From positions 96,001 through 160,000 of IMG/VR virus record IMGVR_UViG_3300042988_001121: a DNA stretch of 64,000 nucleotides. One strand, given 5' to 3'. Origin of the DNA: a virus. The position numbers and the translations under genes were made by a program. A model generated the notes under the pieces. That model was given only the letters and a program-made list of their open reading frames with translations, did not search any database and was not told the origin of the DNA. Each line of letters starts with the position of its first letter. Within the stretch, counting starts at the first letter, position 1. Of the stretch, positions 9,664 to 18,568 are shown one piece after another.

Positions 9664-9926
9664 GCTAAATTTTGAAGTGAATTAACAGTTACTTCTGATG
9701 GGATCGCTTTATCGAATTTTACCACAAAATTCTCAAACTCGTAAAGTGTCGATAAATCTTCTATTGTTCCAATGTAGTTTTTCAGCGTACTGTTAGGCTT
9801 ATACTGCTTCATCATGATTACATGCTCTTGTAGGTAAGCGCGTGTCACTCGCAAAGCGGTTACATTATCAATATCAACTTTCATCTTCAACTCCGTCACA
9901 CCATGCACCAACATGAAGATCGACAT
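9660..9926 (-). CDS. Hypothetical protein (start may be 9884)
   Basis: ORF in operon context. Confidence 0.5.
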   Translation of the reverse strand: MSIFMLVHGVTELKMKVDIDNVTALRVTRAYLQEHVIMMKQYKPNSTLKNYIGTIEDLSTLYEFENFVVKFDKAIPSEVTVNSLQNLA

Positions 9927-10056
9927 TGGTTTTGTTTGAGTAAAAGTTTATCCCCTCGATATCAAATGAACCCGGAGATAGCTCTACTATCATTTTTACA
10001 TCATACTCGCGCAAGAGGGCGAAAAGTTTTTCTTTGAATTCTTCTGTCTTTTCCAT
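9874..10056 (-). CDS. Hypothetical protein
   Basis: Likely start MEKTEEF at 10056 within track ORF 9874-10176. Confidence 0.5.
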   Translation of the reverse strand: MEKTEEFKEKLFALLREYDVKMIVELSPGSFDIEGINFYSNKTNVDLHVGAWCDGVEDES

Positions 10057-10072
10057 TTGTTTTTTCTTGTTA

Positions 10073-10369
10073 TTATTGACGATGGAAGATGTGCAATGCC
10101 TTTGCGAAGAAGGTAGGTTTACCGCCTTCTTGTGAGCGTTGTCCGTTTTCGAACACACCAACTGAATAGGCACCATTCAGCCGCAATGCGGCAGCAGGAT
10201 GAACGACTACCACTCCTGCAAATTCGCCTTTACTGGCAACATCAGATGGTGTTACGCTGAATGCGTCCATGTCGCCAACTACTACCAACTCGATCCCTTT
10301 TTCGGCAGCTAGTTCTGCCTGTTCTGTGGTTGGAACATGACGAGAAATGAATGCATAGGTAGTAGACAT
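10073..10369 (-). CDS. Hypothetical protein
   Basis: GGAG RBS directly after an early promoter. Confidence 0.7.
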   Translation of the reverse strand: MSTTYAFISRHVPTTEQAELAAEKGIELVVVGDMDAFSVTPSDVASKGEFAGVVVVHPAAALRLNGAYSVGVFENGQRSQEGGKPTFFAKALHIFHRQ

Positions 10370-10399
10370 TTTGGACTCCGTTTCATTGTTGATGGTGTT

Positions 10400-10427
10400 A
10401 TTGTATCACATAAATTTTATGTGTAGA
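10400..10427 (-). promoter_or_regulatory. Repeated early promoter
   Basis: TCTACA-16-TACAAT; stop at 10428 abuts the -35. Confidence 0.7.
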
Positions 10428-10856
10428 TTATTTTGATGAGCATTCCAAGCAAGCCACGGAATCAATTATGAAAATAAAATGACCGCCTCGGTTTTCTTGA
10501 TAGAAAACTTCATCCCAAATGTAGTATGAGTTGTTACGTAGAGCACGGATTAAAGCCTCGTTGCCACTCCATCCAACTGTTGACATTGATATAAAGTTTT
10601 TGCCATCTTTTTTGTAGCGAGCCATCGTGCCATAAGCCTTTACGCCCCACCAACATTTTTCCAGCATGTCGAATAGCTCGGGAATCATGAACGAAGACCA
10701 ATTCTCGATTGCATCGTACAATTCTTCTGTCGGATAGCCATCTGAATCGAGATACCCATTCACCTCAAGGCTAGCGATGTGGTCGCGAGTGATCTTCATC
10801 TGATCATCAATTCGCGCTTGGATTTCTTCGTCAGTCAGTCGTTTAATTTGACTCAT
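10428..10856 (-). CDS. Hypothetical protein
   Basis: Start MSQIKR at 10856 overlaps the stop of the restored upstream gene; STVGWSGNE..I.AL and RGGHF motifs. Confidence 0.7.
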   Translation of the reverse strand: MSQIKRLTDEEIQARIDDQMKITRDHIASLEVNGYLDSDGYPTEELYDAIENWSSFMIPELFDMLEKCWWGVKAYGTMARYKKDGKNFISMSTVGWSGNEALIRALRNNSYYIWDEVFYQENRGGHFIFIIDSVACLECSSK

Positions 10857-10962
10857 GTTGATTCCAATAAGTTGTACTTGAACCCTTCCCATGAGCATTC
10901 CAAGCAAGCCACAGGTGCATCACCATCGCCTAGTTTAACGGAATGACAGAAGAATTCTTCAT

Positions 10963-12340
10963 TCTTGTTTTAGTAAGGAAACCTAACGACTAAAGATCGT
11001 TAGGAGGAATTGCGTTAAAAATCTTATCTTAAATACGATTATACAACAAACATCCCATTATGTCAACCCAACTTCGCGCCTACAAATACAGACTGTATCC
11101 AGATGTTGCTCAAACAGCAACGCTGGCACAGTTCTTTGGTGCGAAGCGTTGGATTTTCAATCATTTTCTCAATGAACAAAAAACTCGGTTTGATAATAAA
11201 GAAACCCACTTGAGTAACTTTGATTGTAACAAGTTGATTACAGAATTGAAGAAACAAGAAGATACCGATTGGCTTCGTGGGATTGATGATTGGGTCTTAA
11301 AAAGTTCATCAGAAGATTTAAGTGTAGCATACAAAAATTTCTTTGCTTCTATTACAGGAAAACGAAAAGGTCCGAATGTTAAGCCCCCTACCTTCAAGTC
11401 AAAAAATTCCAGACAGAGTTACAGAACTCGTGGCATCAAAATTGATTTTGAGAATAATTTAATTACCGTTCCAAAGATCAAGAGCATCAAGTGTATTATT
11501 CATCGTCAATTCGTAGGAACAATTAAACAAGCAACTGTTTCTAAGAATACTGATGGTCGTTATTATATTTCCATTCTGGTCGATGAAACTATCCAGTTGA
11601 AGCAAATGACTCATCGGGAAGTTGGTATTGACTTTGGGCTTAGAGATTTAGCTATTTTATCAACAGGAGTCAAATTCAATCATCCAGAACAAATGCTTTC
11701 AAGAACCAAGAAAGCATTGAAAAGAGCACAAAGAATCCTTGCTCGTAAAACAAAAGGGTCTAATTCTTATCATAAACAGCGTTTAGTTGTAGCAAAATTG
11801 TATTCAAGACTAACTCGAATGAGGAATGAATATTATCATCTGATTTCTCGTTACTTGGTTAATAATTTTGACGCAATATACCTTGAAGATTTAAACGTCA
11901 ATGGAATGTTGAAGAATCGTAGGTTATCAAGAAAGATACACGAAACCGCTTGGTCTACTTTGAAGAATATGATCAAGTATAAAGCAAATTATGCTGGAAA
12001 GACTGTTCATGAAATCAACCGTTGGCTCCCATCATCCAAGACTTGTTCTTGCTGTGGTTACAAACTTGACAAACTGAATCTCGATGTTCGTGAATGGACT
12101 TGTCCAGTTTGTAACGAGCACCATGACCGTGACCTAAACGCTGCTATAAACATTCTGAATCAAGGTCAAATTGATCTTTATGATTCTAAACAAAATTCCA
12201 GCGCAACACTGGAATTGGAGGCTTCGCCTCCAATGGCTTTGCAGAAACATTCTATGAAAATCGAGAGGTCCAGTTCTAAACGAACTGGTTGGAATGGGGA
12301 GCAAGCAAGCCTAACAGTATTTAGCTGTTAGGTGGTTGAC
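10963..12340 (+). mobile_element. IS200/IS605-family tnpB-only element (IS1341-like)
   Basis: LE hairpin CCTAACGA..TCGTTAGG (10982-11004) and RE hairpin CCTAACAG..CTGTTAGG (12310-12332); target TTCAT; ends TGAC. Confidence 0.85.
11060..12331 (+). CDS. tnpB: TnpB RNA-guided endonuclease
   Basis: HTH N-terminus, RuvC D(GIDFG)-E(LEDL)-D(DRDLNAA), CxxC..CxxC. Confidence 0.95.
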   Translation: MSTQLRAYKYRLYPDVAQTATLAQFFGAKRWIFNHFLNEQKTRFDNKETHLSNFDCNKLITELKKQEDTDWLRGIDDWVLKSSSEDLSVAYKNFFASITGKRKGPNVKPPTFKSKNSRQSYRTRGIKIDFENNLITVPKIKSIKCIIHRQFVGTIKQATVSKNTDGRYYISILVDETIQLKQMTHREVGIDFGLRDLAILSTGVKFNHPEQMLSRTKKALKRAQRILARKTKGSNSYHKQRLVVAKLYSRLTRMRNEYYHLISRYLVNNFDAIYLEDLNVNGMLKNRRLSRKIHETAWSTLKNMIKYKANYAGKTVHEINRWLPSSKTCSCCGYKLDKLNLDVREWTCPVCNEHHDRDLNAAINILNQGQIDLYDSKQNSSATLELEASPPMALQKHSMKIERSSSKRTGWNGEQASLTVFSC

Positions 12341-12768
12341 AATAAACGTCCCATGAGTCTTTGTGTTGTCGGTAGATCGCGATATCGCGAACACCTTCTT
12401 TATGCCGCATTCGTTCCAGAACTTTTGATGTGTTCTTGCGAGTCTTCAAACTGATTTTAACACAATCTCTGCCAACAGTAAAGTAGATGTAAATACAATA
12501 ACGGATTTTAGGTTTCCTTGCTTTACGTTTCCTTGCAATTTGTTTTCGTGTTAACCGATCATCGGGATCATGGCTCACCGCAATCACGGCAGGATGTGCA
12601 TGCAGCAGAATTTTAGTCATCTGTTCGTCATAGTAAAGATACCCTAGCTTGCATTCGTATCTTTCGCTGTTCCATTCAACAATCGCGTATTTGTTGTCAT
12701 CATAAGCAAGTAACGTGACTTCCTTGATCGAGTGGTCATCTTCCTCGAATGGATAGTCGGTAAAGAAT

Positions 12769-13035
12769 TTACGCATTTCGGTTTAACCTTTCTCTTGCAG
12801 ACATTGCAAAATAAGACCAGTTACCACACTTATCCTCGGTTCGCAAAAGATCACGTGCGGTATAGGAAATGTCTGTCTTACTAAAGCACCGAGCCTCTTG
12901 GTTCAAGATTCCGTTAGTGAAACATCTAACGTGATAAGCACCGTTGATTTTTCTGACCTGAATTTCGTGTTCTACTTCGTCCAACATAACTCGCGAAATT
13001 TGTAATACTGTTTCGTAACGTGGTTTCGTTTTCAT
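12769..13035 (-). CDS. Hypothetical protein
   Basis: ORF in operon context. Confidence 0.65.
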   Translation of the reverse strand: MKTKPRYETVLQISRVMLDEVEHEIQVRKINGAYHVRCFTNGILNQEARCFSKTDISYTARDLLRTEDKCGNWSYFAMSARERLNRNA

Positions 13036-13101
13036 AATTTACTCACAATGTCATTTACAGTTTCACGGTTAGAAAAGATTCTACCACTAACATGCCAATA
13101 A

Positions 13102-14337
13102 TCATGCCGTTTTATAAAAATCTATAAAACTGACTAGACATTTCAACGAGGTTGCTTTTGGTAACTCCAAAAGACTTACATCCTCTCTATGTCTGTAATC
13201 GGCTGATTCGTCCGATGTGAATCCATAAAGGTCATTCATACCTTTATTGTAAATGTTAACAGCAGCATTCAAGTCTCTATTATGATGGGAACCACAAGAA
13301 GGACAATCCCACTCTCTTATCGATAGCTCCATCTTTTCAATTCTATGACCACAAGAAGAACATGTCTTACTAGAAGGGTAGAAACGATCTATTTTATGGA
13401 AAGTTCTACCTCGCCAATTAGATTTATATGAAATCATTGACACCAATGATGACCATGATGCATCAGATATAGATTTTGATAATTTTCTATTCTTCAGCAT
13501 TCCTTTTATGTTCAAGTCTTCCATTACAATCGTATCATAATTTTTTACAAGCCAAGAACTGATATTGTGGTGAATAAAAGATCGCTGGTTACTAACTTCT
13601 CTGTGAATTCTAGCAACTTTTGTTCTTTGTATTTCCCTTCTATTGGAACCTTCTTGTTTTCTACTAAAGTGCTGCTGTGCGGTTTTTAGCTTCGCTTGGT
13701 TTTTACGAAACCATTTTGGATTAGAGATTTTCATTCCGTTACTAAGAATGCACAAATCTGTTAATCCAAGATCAACACCAATAGTTTTACCTGTTTGTTC
13801 GTAAAGAACTACGTCTTCTTCAACTAGAACAGATACAAAATATTGGTTTGTTTTATTTTTAGAGACAGTAACCGACTTGACCTGCCCATAAAACTTTCTA
13901 TCAATGACCACCTTCAATGGAGACATTTTAGGCAGTTTAATTTTACTGGTATCGAAATTTATGAATTTATTGAAGCCTATAGCCTGCCCCGGTATTCTGA
14001 AAGAATCTGTTGACACGCCCTTTTTCTTAAATTTCATCCTACCAAGTTTTGTTTTCCTTGAAGGGTTAAAATATTGCTTCTTTGTTTCAATGAAATCCAT
14101 GCGTTTTTGCTGAAGCGCATAACTTATTGTATCATTGAGCCAAGAAAACTCAGGCATATCTTTCAATATCTTTTCATCCATCGGTCGGTTCGGACCGTCC
14201 TTGCTATATGAATTGAAATTTGCCACCAGTTGATTCCAAACAAAACGCACGCAACCAAAAGTAGAATCCAAAAATTTAGACTGCTCTTTTGTTGGGTATA
14301 CCCTATATTTGTAGGCTCGAATTTGTTTTGGCATCAT
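13102..14337 (-). CDS. tnpB: TnpB RNA-guided endonuclease (IS607)
   Basis: GVDLG, MEDL, NRDLNAA, Zn ribbon. Confidence 0.95.
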   Translation of the reverse strand: MMPKQIRAYKYRVYPTKEQSKFLDSTFGCVRFVWNQLVANFNSYSKDGPNRPMDEKILKDMPEFSWLNDTISYALQQKRMDFIETKKQYFNPSRKTKLGRMKFKKKGVSTDSFRIPGQAIGFNKFINFDTSKIKLPKMSPLKVVIDRKFYGQVKSVTVSKNKTNQYFVSVLVEEDVVLYEQTGKTIGVDLGLTDLCILSNGMKISNPKWFRKNQAKLKTAQQHFSRKQEGSNRREIQRTKVARIHREVSNQRSFIHHNISSWLVKNYDTIVMEDLNIKGMLKNRKLSKSISDASWSSLVSMISYKSNWRGRTFHKIDRFYPSSKTCSSCGHRIEKMELSIREWDCPSCGSHHNRDLNAAVNIYNKGMNDLYGFTSDESADYRHREDVSLLELPKATSLKCLVSFIDFYKTA

Positions 14338-14362
14338 AAAACTATAAAAATTATATAGTTAT

Positions 14363-14956
14363 TTATTGTTTGTCTACTTTCAATGTCTCTATTAGTTCAA
14401 TTGTTTTTCTCTTACTGCGCCGTTTACCATAAATTCTGGCGCAGAAAGATGTTATCTCTGACACGAAATCTTGTACGATATCTTCATTCCCGACAGAAAC
14501 TTGGTTCACGACTTCTATTTCTTTTTTATTCGCACGAAGCATAGTTTCTATGTAATTAAAACCAAACCGAGTCAGTCGGTCTTTGTGTTCAACGACAATC
14601 TTGGTAAAATCTTGTTCGGATAATAACTTTTGTAATTTTGGGCGCGAATCGTTAAGACCAGAACCAAATTCTGTTATTACATCATGAATTTTATATCCGC
14701 GAGCAGTGCAATATGAAATCATCCTATCTTTTTGAGATTCTAGATTAGTTTTATTGACTGTGCTACTAACACGACAGTATATAACGATTTTTTCTTCGCT
14801 TTTCTCTTTGACGCCGATAAATTTATTATATGTTTCTGTGTCAACAAAATTCATACCGCCGATTTTATGGAACTTTAGTTTACCGGCAGATTTCCAGTTC
14901 CATAAAGTCATTTTGGTAACACCTAGGTCTTTAGCAAATTTACTCAACTTAATCAT
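14363..14956 (-). CDS. tnpA: IS607 serine recombinase/transposase TnpA
   Basis: MerR-like HTH, IYCRVSS catalytic Ser, EFGSGLN, KDRLTRFGF. Confidence 0.93.
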   Translation of the reverse strand: MIKLSKFAKDLGVTKMTLWNWKSAGKLKFHKIGGMNFVDTETYNKFIGVKEKSEEKIVIYCRVSSTVNKTNLESQKDRMISYCTARGYKIHDVITEFGSGLNDSRPKLQKLLSEQDFTKIVVEHKDRLTRFGFNYIETMLRANKKEIEVVNQVSVGNEDIVQDFVSEITSFCARIYGKRRSKRKTIELIETLKVDKQ

Positions 14957-15193
14957 AAACTTTTGGTAAATATTATATAGTTTTTGGTTGGATTATTTAT
15001 TTATATATTATATTCAGGCAATCCGTTGGAATAAACGCCGCGCTTCCAATGATATCCAGAAGTATCGGTGACTTCAACAACTTCCCCGCATCGAGTCACA
15101 TAATTTCCTGCGCCATCAATGATTCGAGGAAAAGAAATGAAAAACGCTTCATACGGTATGTTTGCCACGATAAACTCCTGTTTTGTTGAATCT

Positions 15194-15222
15194 ATTGTAT
15201 CACATGAAACAGTTTATGTAGA
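15194..15222 (-). promoter_or_regulatory. Repeated early promoter
   Basis: TCTACA-17-TACAAT. Confidence 0.7.
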
Positions 15223-15447
15223 TTTGTCGCCAAACTTCTTAAAAATAACTTTTGGGGTCGGGTTTGCCATGAAATTAATAAAAGCAATAATGACGACAAG
15301 CACATTGATCATTGGCAAGAATGAAACGAGCGCGAATCCCACAAGATCGGGTGCAGTCACATCATCTGTTTTTCTTTGTGTGTAAATGAATCCCATGAAC
15401 AAGAGGCTACTGAAAATAAAGTAACCGACTACTGTGTAATTGAACAT
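15214..15447 (-). CDS. Small membrane protein
   Basis: Two hydrophobic segments; GGAG RBS. Confidence 0.7.
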   Translation of the reverse strand: MFNYTVVGYFIFSSLLFMGFIYTQRKTDDVTAPDLVGFALVSFLPMINVLVVIIAFINFMANPTPKVIFKKFGDKST

Positions 15448-15472
15448 GATTAACTCCTGTTTTGTTGAATCT

Positions 15473-15501
15473 ATTGTATCACAGGCAAACTTATGTGTAG
15501 A
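15473..15501 (-). promoter_or_regulatory. Repeated early promoter
   Basis: TCTACA-17-TACAAT; stop at 15502 abuts the -35. Confidence 0.75.
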
Positions 15502-15744
15502 TTATCTTTTCTTGAAACGTAGCATCTCAGATTCGTGAAAAGGTAGACCCGGTTCCCCTTCCAGTACCCTTAATTCACGCGCAAAGACACAAATTTCACG
15601 AAAAATTTCGCGCCACGTTGCATGGGGAAACGTGTCAACCAGAAACTCCCAATAACCTAACAATGCGCGTGCATCGTCTAGCCGCATCCCATGCAGAACT
15701 TCACTGAACTTCGATGCAGTCAGAAAACTAATTTTTTGTTTCAT
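15502..15744 (-). CDS. Hypothetical protein
   Basis: Likely start MKQKISF with GAGG RBS. Confidence 0.6.
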   Translation of the reverse strand: MKQKISFLTASKFSEVLHGMRLDDARALLGYWEFLVDTFPHATWREIFREICVFARELRVLEGEPGLPFHESEMLRFKKR

Positions 15745-15754
15745 TGGTTTCACC

Positions 15755-16102
15755 TCAGATTTTAGCGAAACCAACAGGAGCAACCATGTAGAGGTCGCCT
15801 TGTGGCGTCAAGATAACATCACCTACACTGACTGAGCACATTGTTACGTTAGGGCGCGCTACCAGTTTGCTCTTATCACCAACACCATTTCCAATACCGA
15901 ACACCTCATCAAGAGATTTTGCGTTAATGTCAGCAACAGTTTCATAAAATTTAAAAGCTGCCTTTGCGTTTGTAACATTTTCTCTCTTTTTCAGAAACGC
16001 GGCGACACGTTCACTTTTGTTTGCTGCATCATCCCAACCGAGCGCGTTGACCATGTTGGATTCGGCGATTGTCAGATTGAATTGGAAAACTGTGTAAGTC
16101 AT
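15755..16102 (-). CDS. YodL-like domain protein
   Basis: SVSVGDVI motif; start MTYTVFQ after a promoter. Confidence 0.55.
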   Translation of the reverse strand: MTYTVFQFNLTIAESNMVNALGWDDAANKSERVAAFLKKRENVTNAKAAFKFYETVADINAKSLDEVFGIGNGVGDKSKLVARPNVTMCSVSVGDVILTPQGDLYMVAPVGFAKI

Positions 16103-16133
16103 TTTGAACTCCGGTTTCGTTGTCGATGGAGTT

Positions 16134-16163
16134 ATTGTATCACAGAGAAACTTTATGTGTAGA
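16134..16163 (-). promoter_or_regulatory. Repeated early promoter
   Basis: TCTACA-18-TACAAT. Confidence 0.7.
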
Positions 16164-16180
16164 TTATTTTTCACAAAAAG

Positions 16181-16285
16181 TAAAACCGATTTAAACGGCG
16201 TATAATCGTTTTAAATCGGTTTGGCTACATTGGTACTACTTAACAGAAATGATTGCTCAAACACCGTTTAAATGCGTTCTAGCGG
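16181..16285. repeat. Composite palindromic element, copy 2
   Basis: 13-bp perfect inverted repeat at 16183-16195/16210-16222 around the shared TTTAAACG..TATAA.CG core. Confidence 0.55.
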
Positions 16286-16405
16286 TATTTGGTCGGGATT
16301 TACCACAGTATTCTGCCGAAGCGAGTCATGTGGTCTTTTGATTACGTCGTTTTTCCCGAGTGGTTTCCACTTCCGACAATAAGGTGAGCGCGACTACACC
16401 ATGCA

Positions 16406-16690
16406 TTAGATCAATCTATAGATTACTGAATCCTGTAAATCTTCTTCTTTATAAGAAAATTTGCGAACTTCGTAGTAACTACTTACGATTCCGCCCCAAT
16501 TTCTTTTGTACTGAGTAAATGTTTTACTCAACATTGTCTGGTGCGCCTGTTCGTAGCAGTTGTCATCAAGGAAATAAACAGCAGTCAGGTCACCAAGATG
16601 CTCCATTGTTGATGAAGTCGAATAAACAATCTTCGTCACTCCGAGCGACAACAACTGTTTAATTGATTTTCCGTCCAGATAACCGATCAT
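16406..16690 (-). CDS. Hypothetical protein
   Basis: ORF with GAGG RBS. Confidence 0.6.
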   Translation of the reverse strand: MIGYLDGKSIKQLLSLGVTKIVYSTSSTMEHLGDLTAVYFLDDNCYEQAHQTMLSKTFTQYKRNWGGIVSSYYEVRKFSYKEEDLQDSVIYRLI

Positions 16691-16854
16691 AGTTTCACCT
16701 CACGCTGAAGATTATAAATTGCTTTTTGTTTCGTTGCGCCATACTGACAATCGCCTACTTGGTCGCCGTTACTATTTTGGTAAAAGGCAACATAGCAATC
16801 ATAATCTCTGTAGTAATAGGTGATGATCTTTGGTGGTAGTTTAGATAAGAACAT
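16687..16854 (-). CDS. Hypothetical protein (55 aa)
   Basis: Read manually; follows a promoter and GGAG RBS; ATGA overlap. Confidence 0.55.
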   Translation of the reverse strand: MFLSKLPPKIITYYYRDYDCYVAFYQNSNGDQVGDCQYGATKQKAIYNLQREVKL

Positions 16855-16880
16855 TTTAGTTTCTCCGTGTCATTGAATCT

Positions 16881-16909
16881 ATTGTAACACAGAGAAACTT
16901 ATGTGTAGA
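16881..16909 (-). promoter_or_regulatory. Repeated early promoter
   Basis: TCTACA-17-TACAAT; stop at 16910 abuts the -35. Confidence 0.75.
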
Positions 16910-17248
16910 TTATTTCATTTCTTGCCGATTTTGTAGGCGCATTTCAATGTCAGCCACTGTATCTAATGCATCCGACACCGAGATTGTGTGACCAGATGCC
17001 GCAATCAGATGCACCACTGCCCGTAACCGTTCGCTTTGTAAAGTTGTCTCGGTATGCTTATTCAGATAATGTCGATATGCTTCTCGCATCTCTTTTGAAT
17101 TTGTAGCAACACTGGCGTCCAGTTCATTACATCGATTCATGAACTGATTTACTTGCCGTTCGAAATCGTTATTAACTAAAGCAACAAAATTATTGAGCTT
17201 TTCGTTCAGTTCACTCATTGTGATTGGTTCCATTTTATTTCCTTTCAA
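16910..17248 (-). CDS. Hypothetical coiled-coil protein
   Basis: ORF in operon context. Confidence 0.6.
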   Translation of the reverse strand: MKGNKMEPITMSELNEKLNNFVALVNNDFERQVNQFMNRCNELDASVATNSKEMREAYRHYLNKHTETTLQSERLRAVVHLIAASGHTISVSDALDTVADIEMRLQNRQEMK

Positions 17249-18552
17249 AATTTATTTGCGCGTTCAACGATAGTTGAGAACGATTCATTGACCAATAAAT
17301 CGCCGTTATCGTAGACCTTACGCATCAATGAAGTGATCTGACGACCACCAACAGATTTTTTACCTGAGTCTGTGATAGGGTCTTTAACAGTATCGATCCA
17401 CGTATCACCAACACGAATAGCAGAAGTCTTCTGAGCAAAAGAATAAGTATCTCGATTGACGTTCTGAAGCAACCCACCGCCTGAGCCATAAATCACATTC
17501 TCGGGAGCATAATTGTATGCAGAGATTGCTCTCAACAGCATAGGCATCGTGGTTCGATTGATTCCATCACCCTGAAGAACCCCGACATTGTTGATAACAA
17601 TTTTACCTTTGCTATTAACAGTAAATCCGAATGCCAGTTTCAGTTTCTCCAGAATCCTTGGCAGCACAACAAATGGATCGCCACTATCAGGACGAACCAC
17701 AAACTTACCACCAGAGTTCTTGATAGCTTCAACAAATTCTGGCTCACACAACACGTCTACCTCACGATAAATGTCATATCCATCCATGACCGCCGAAACA
17801 ATGTTTCCGGGACGAAGTAAACTAATCATTCGCTTCAGATACTCTCGCTGACCTTCTTTGCCATAAGAACACTGGACACTGTGTTCACTAGCAAGAACGC
17901 TATAACCCGGCATATCGGCATTGTAGTTATCACGAAGGTACTTCAACGCAACCACATCGTCAGTTCCTTTGAAATAGATCAAGTGAGCAGCGCCACCTAC
18001 TTCGGCGGTTTGACGACTACTGACCCCGCGACTACCGAAGCTGTGCAAAGAGAAAGGAATCATGTCTGTCGCATCTGAATCTCGCTTATAAACAGCTTGA
18101 ATCTGATTGTAGCTGTATAGGTCTTGACTAGCAATAGTGGTTGGATACCAGATAGCCCGTTGCATCGATGTTTCAATGAATGAAGCAATCGAGAAACAAT
18201 CGGCATCATAGCATTCAACTGTTACCAATGGGTTCGATGAATCAACTACCTTGCCTTCAGGAACAGCAAAAATAGTGACAGGAAGATAACCACCATAGAC
18301 AGTAAGAACTTTCTCCCACATTGCGCGATTGAATGACAGTCCATGAGAAACAAGAATAGTCTCTGCCTCGTCAATGTCTTGTTTCGTAATAGGCTTCAGT
18401 AAGTTTTCTTTAATCCATCCCTGTAACCCAAATGGCACAATCTGTTCGTTCTTTTTACGCGCCTGTACGTAAGAAGACATTGCATTGGTTCCCTCGGGAT
18501 ACATCGCGAAGTGACTATTTTTATAACTGTCGGCATCAAGAATAATGTTCAT
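17245..18552 (-). CDS. nadV: Nicotinamide phosphoribosyltransferase (NAMPT)
   Basis: DADSYK.SH, FGSRG, SEHS, VRPDSGDP, QGDG, FAQKTS. Confidence 0.95.
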   Translation of the reverse strand: MNIILDADSYKNSHFAMYPEGTNAMSSYVQARKKNEQIVPFGLQGWIKENLLKPITKQDIDEAETILVSHGLSFNRAMWEKVLTVYGGYLPVTIFAVPEGKVVDSSNPLVTVECYDADCFSIASFIETSMQRAIWYPTTIASQDLYSYNQIQAVYKRDSDATDMIPFSLHSFGSRGVSSRQTAEVGGAAHLIYFKGTDDVVALKYLRDNYNADMPGYSVLASEHSVQCSYGKEGQREYLKRMISLLRPGNIVSAVMDGYDIYREVDVLCEPEFVEAIKNSGGKFVVRPDSGDPFVVLPRILEKLKLAFGFTVNSKGKIVINNVGVLQGDGINRTTMPMLLRAISAYNYAPENVIYGSGGGLLQNVNRDTYSFAQKTSAIRVGDTWIDTVKDPITDSGKKSVGGRQITSLMRKVYDNGDLLVNESFSTIVERANKF

Positions 18553-18568
18553 TTTTAACTCCTAAAAA

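Larger units (their letters stand above)
10853..12776 (-). pseudogene. Phage gene interrupted by the IS605-type element
   Basis: Joining 12341 to 10962 gives ...DSWDVY-YEEFFCHSVKLGDGDAPVACLECSWEGFKYNLLEST*. Confidence 0.75.
13099..15010 (-). mobile_element. IS607-family element (serine transposase plus tnpB)
   Basis: tnpA-tnpB pair; ends inferred from host-gene restoration. Confidence 0.85.
13032..15168 (-). pseudogene. 74-aa phage gene split by the IS607 element
   Basis: GTG at 15168 with GGAG RBS; joining 15011 to 13098 gives ...YSNGLPEYWHVSGRIFSNRETVNDIVSKL* (225 nt). Confidence 0.7.

Noticed and set aside
13107-15027. AACGG shared at both IS607 flanks as a canonical GG core
   Set aside because: Joining there shifts the host frame to MIIGMLVV and loses the WHVSGRI...NDIV frame and its ATGA overlap. 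It is kept only as a fallback.
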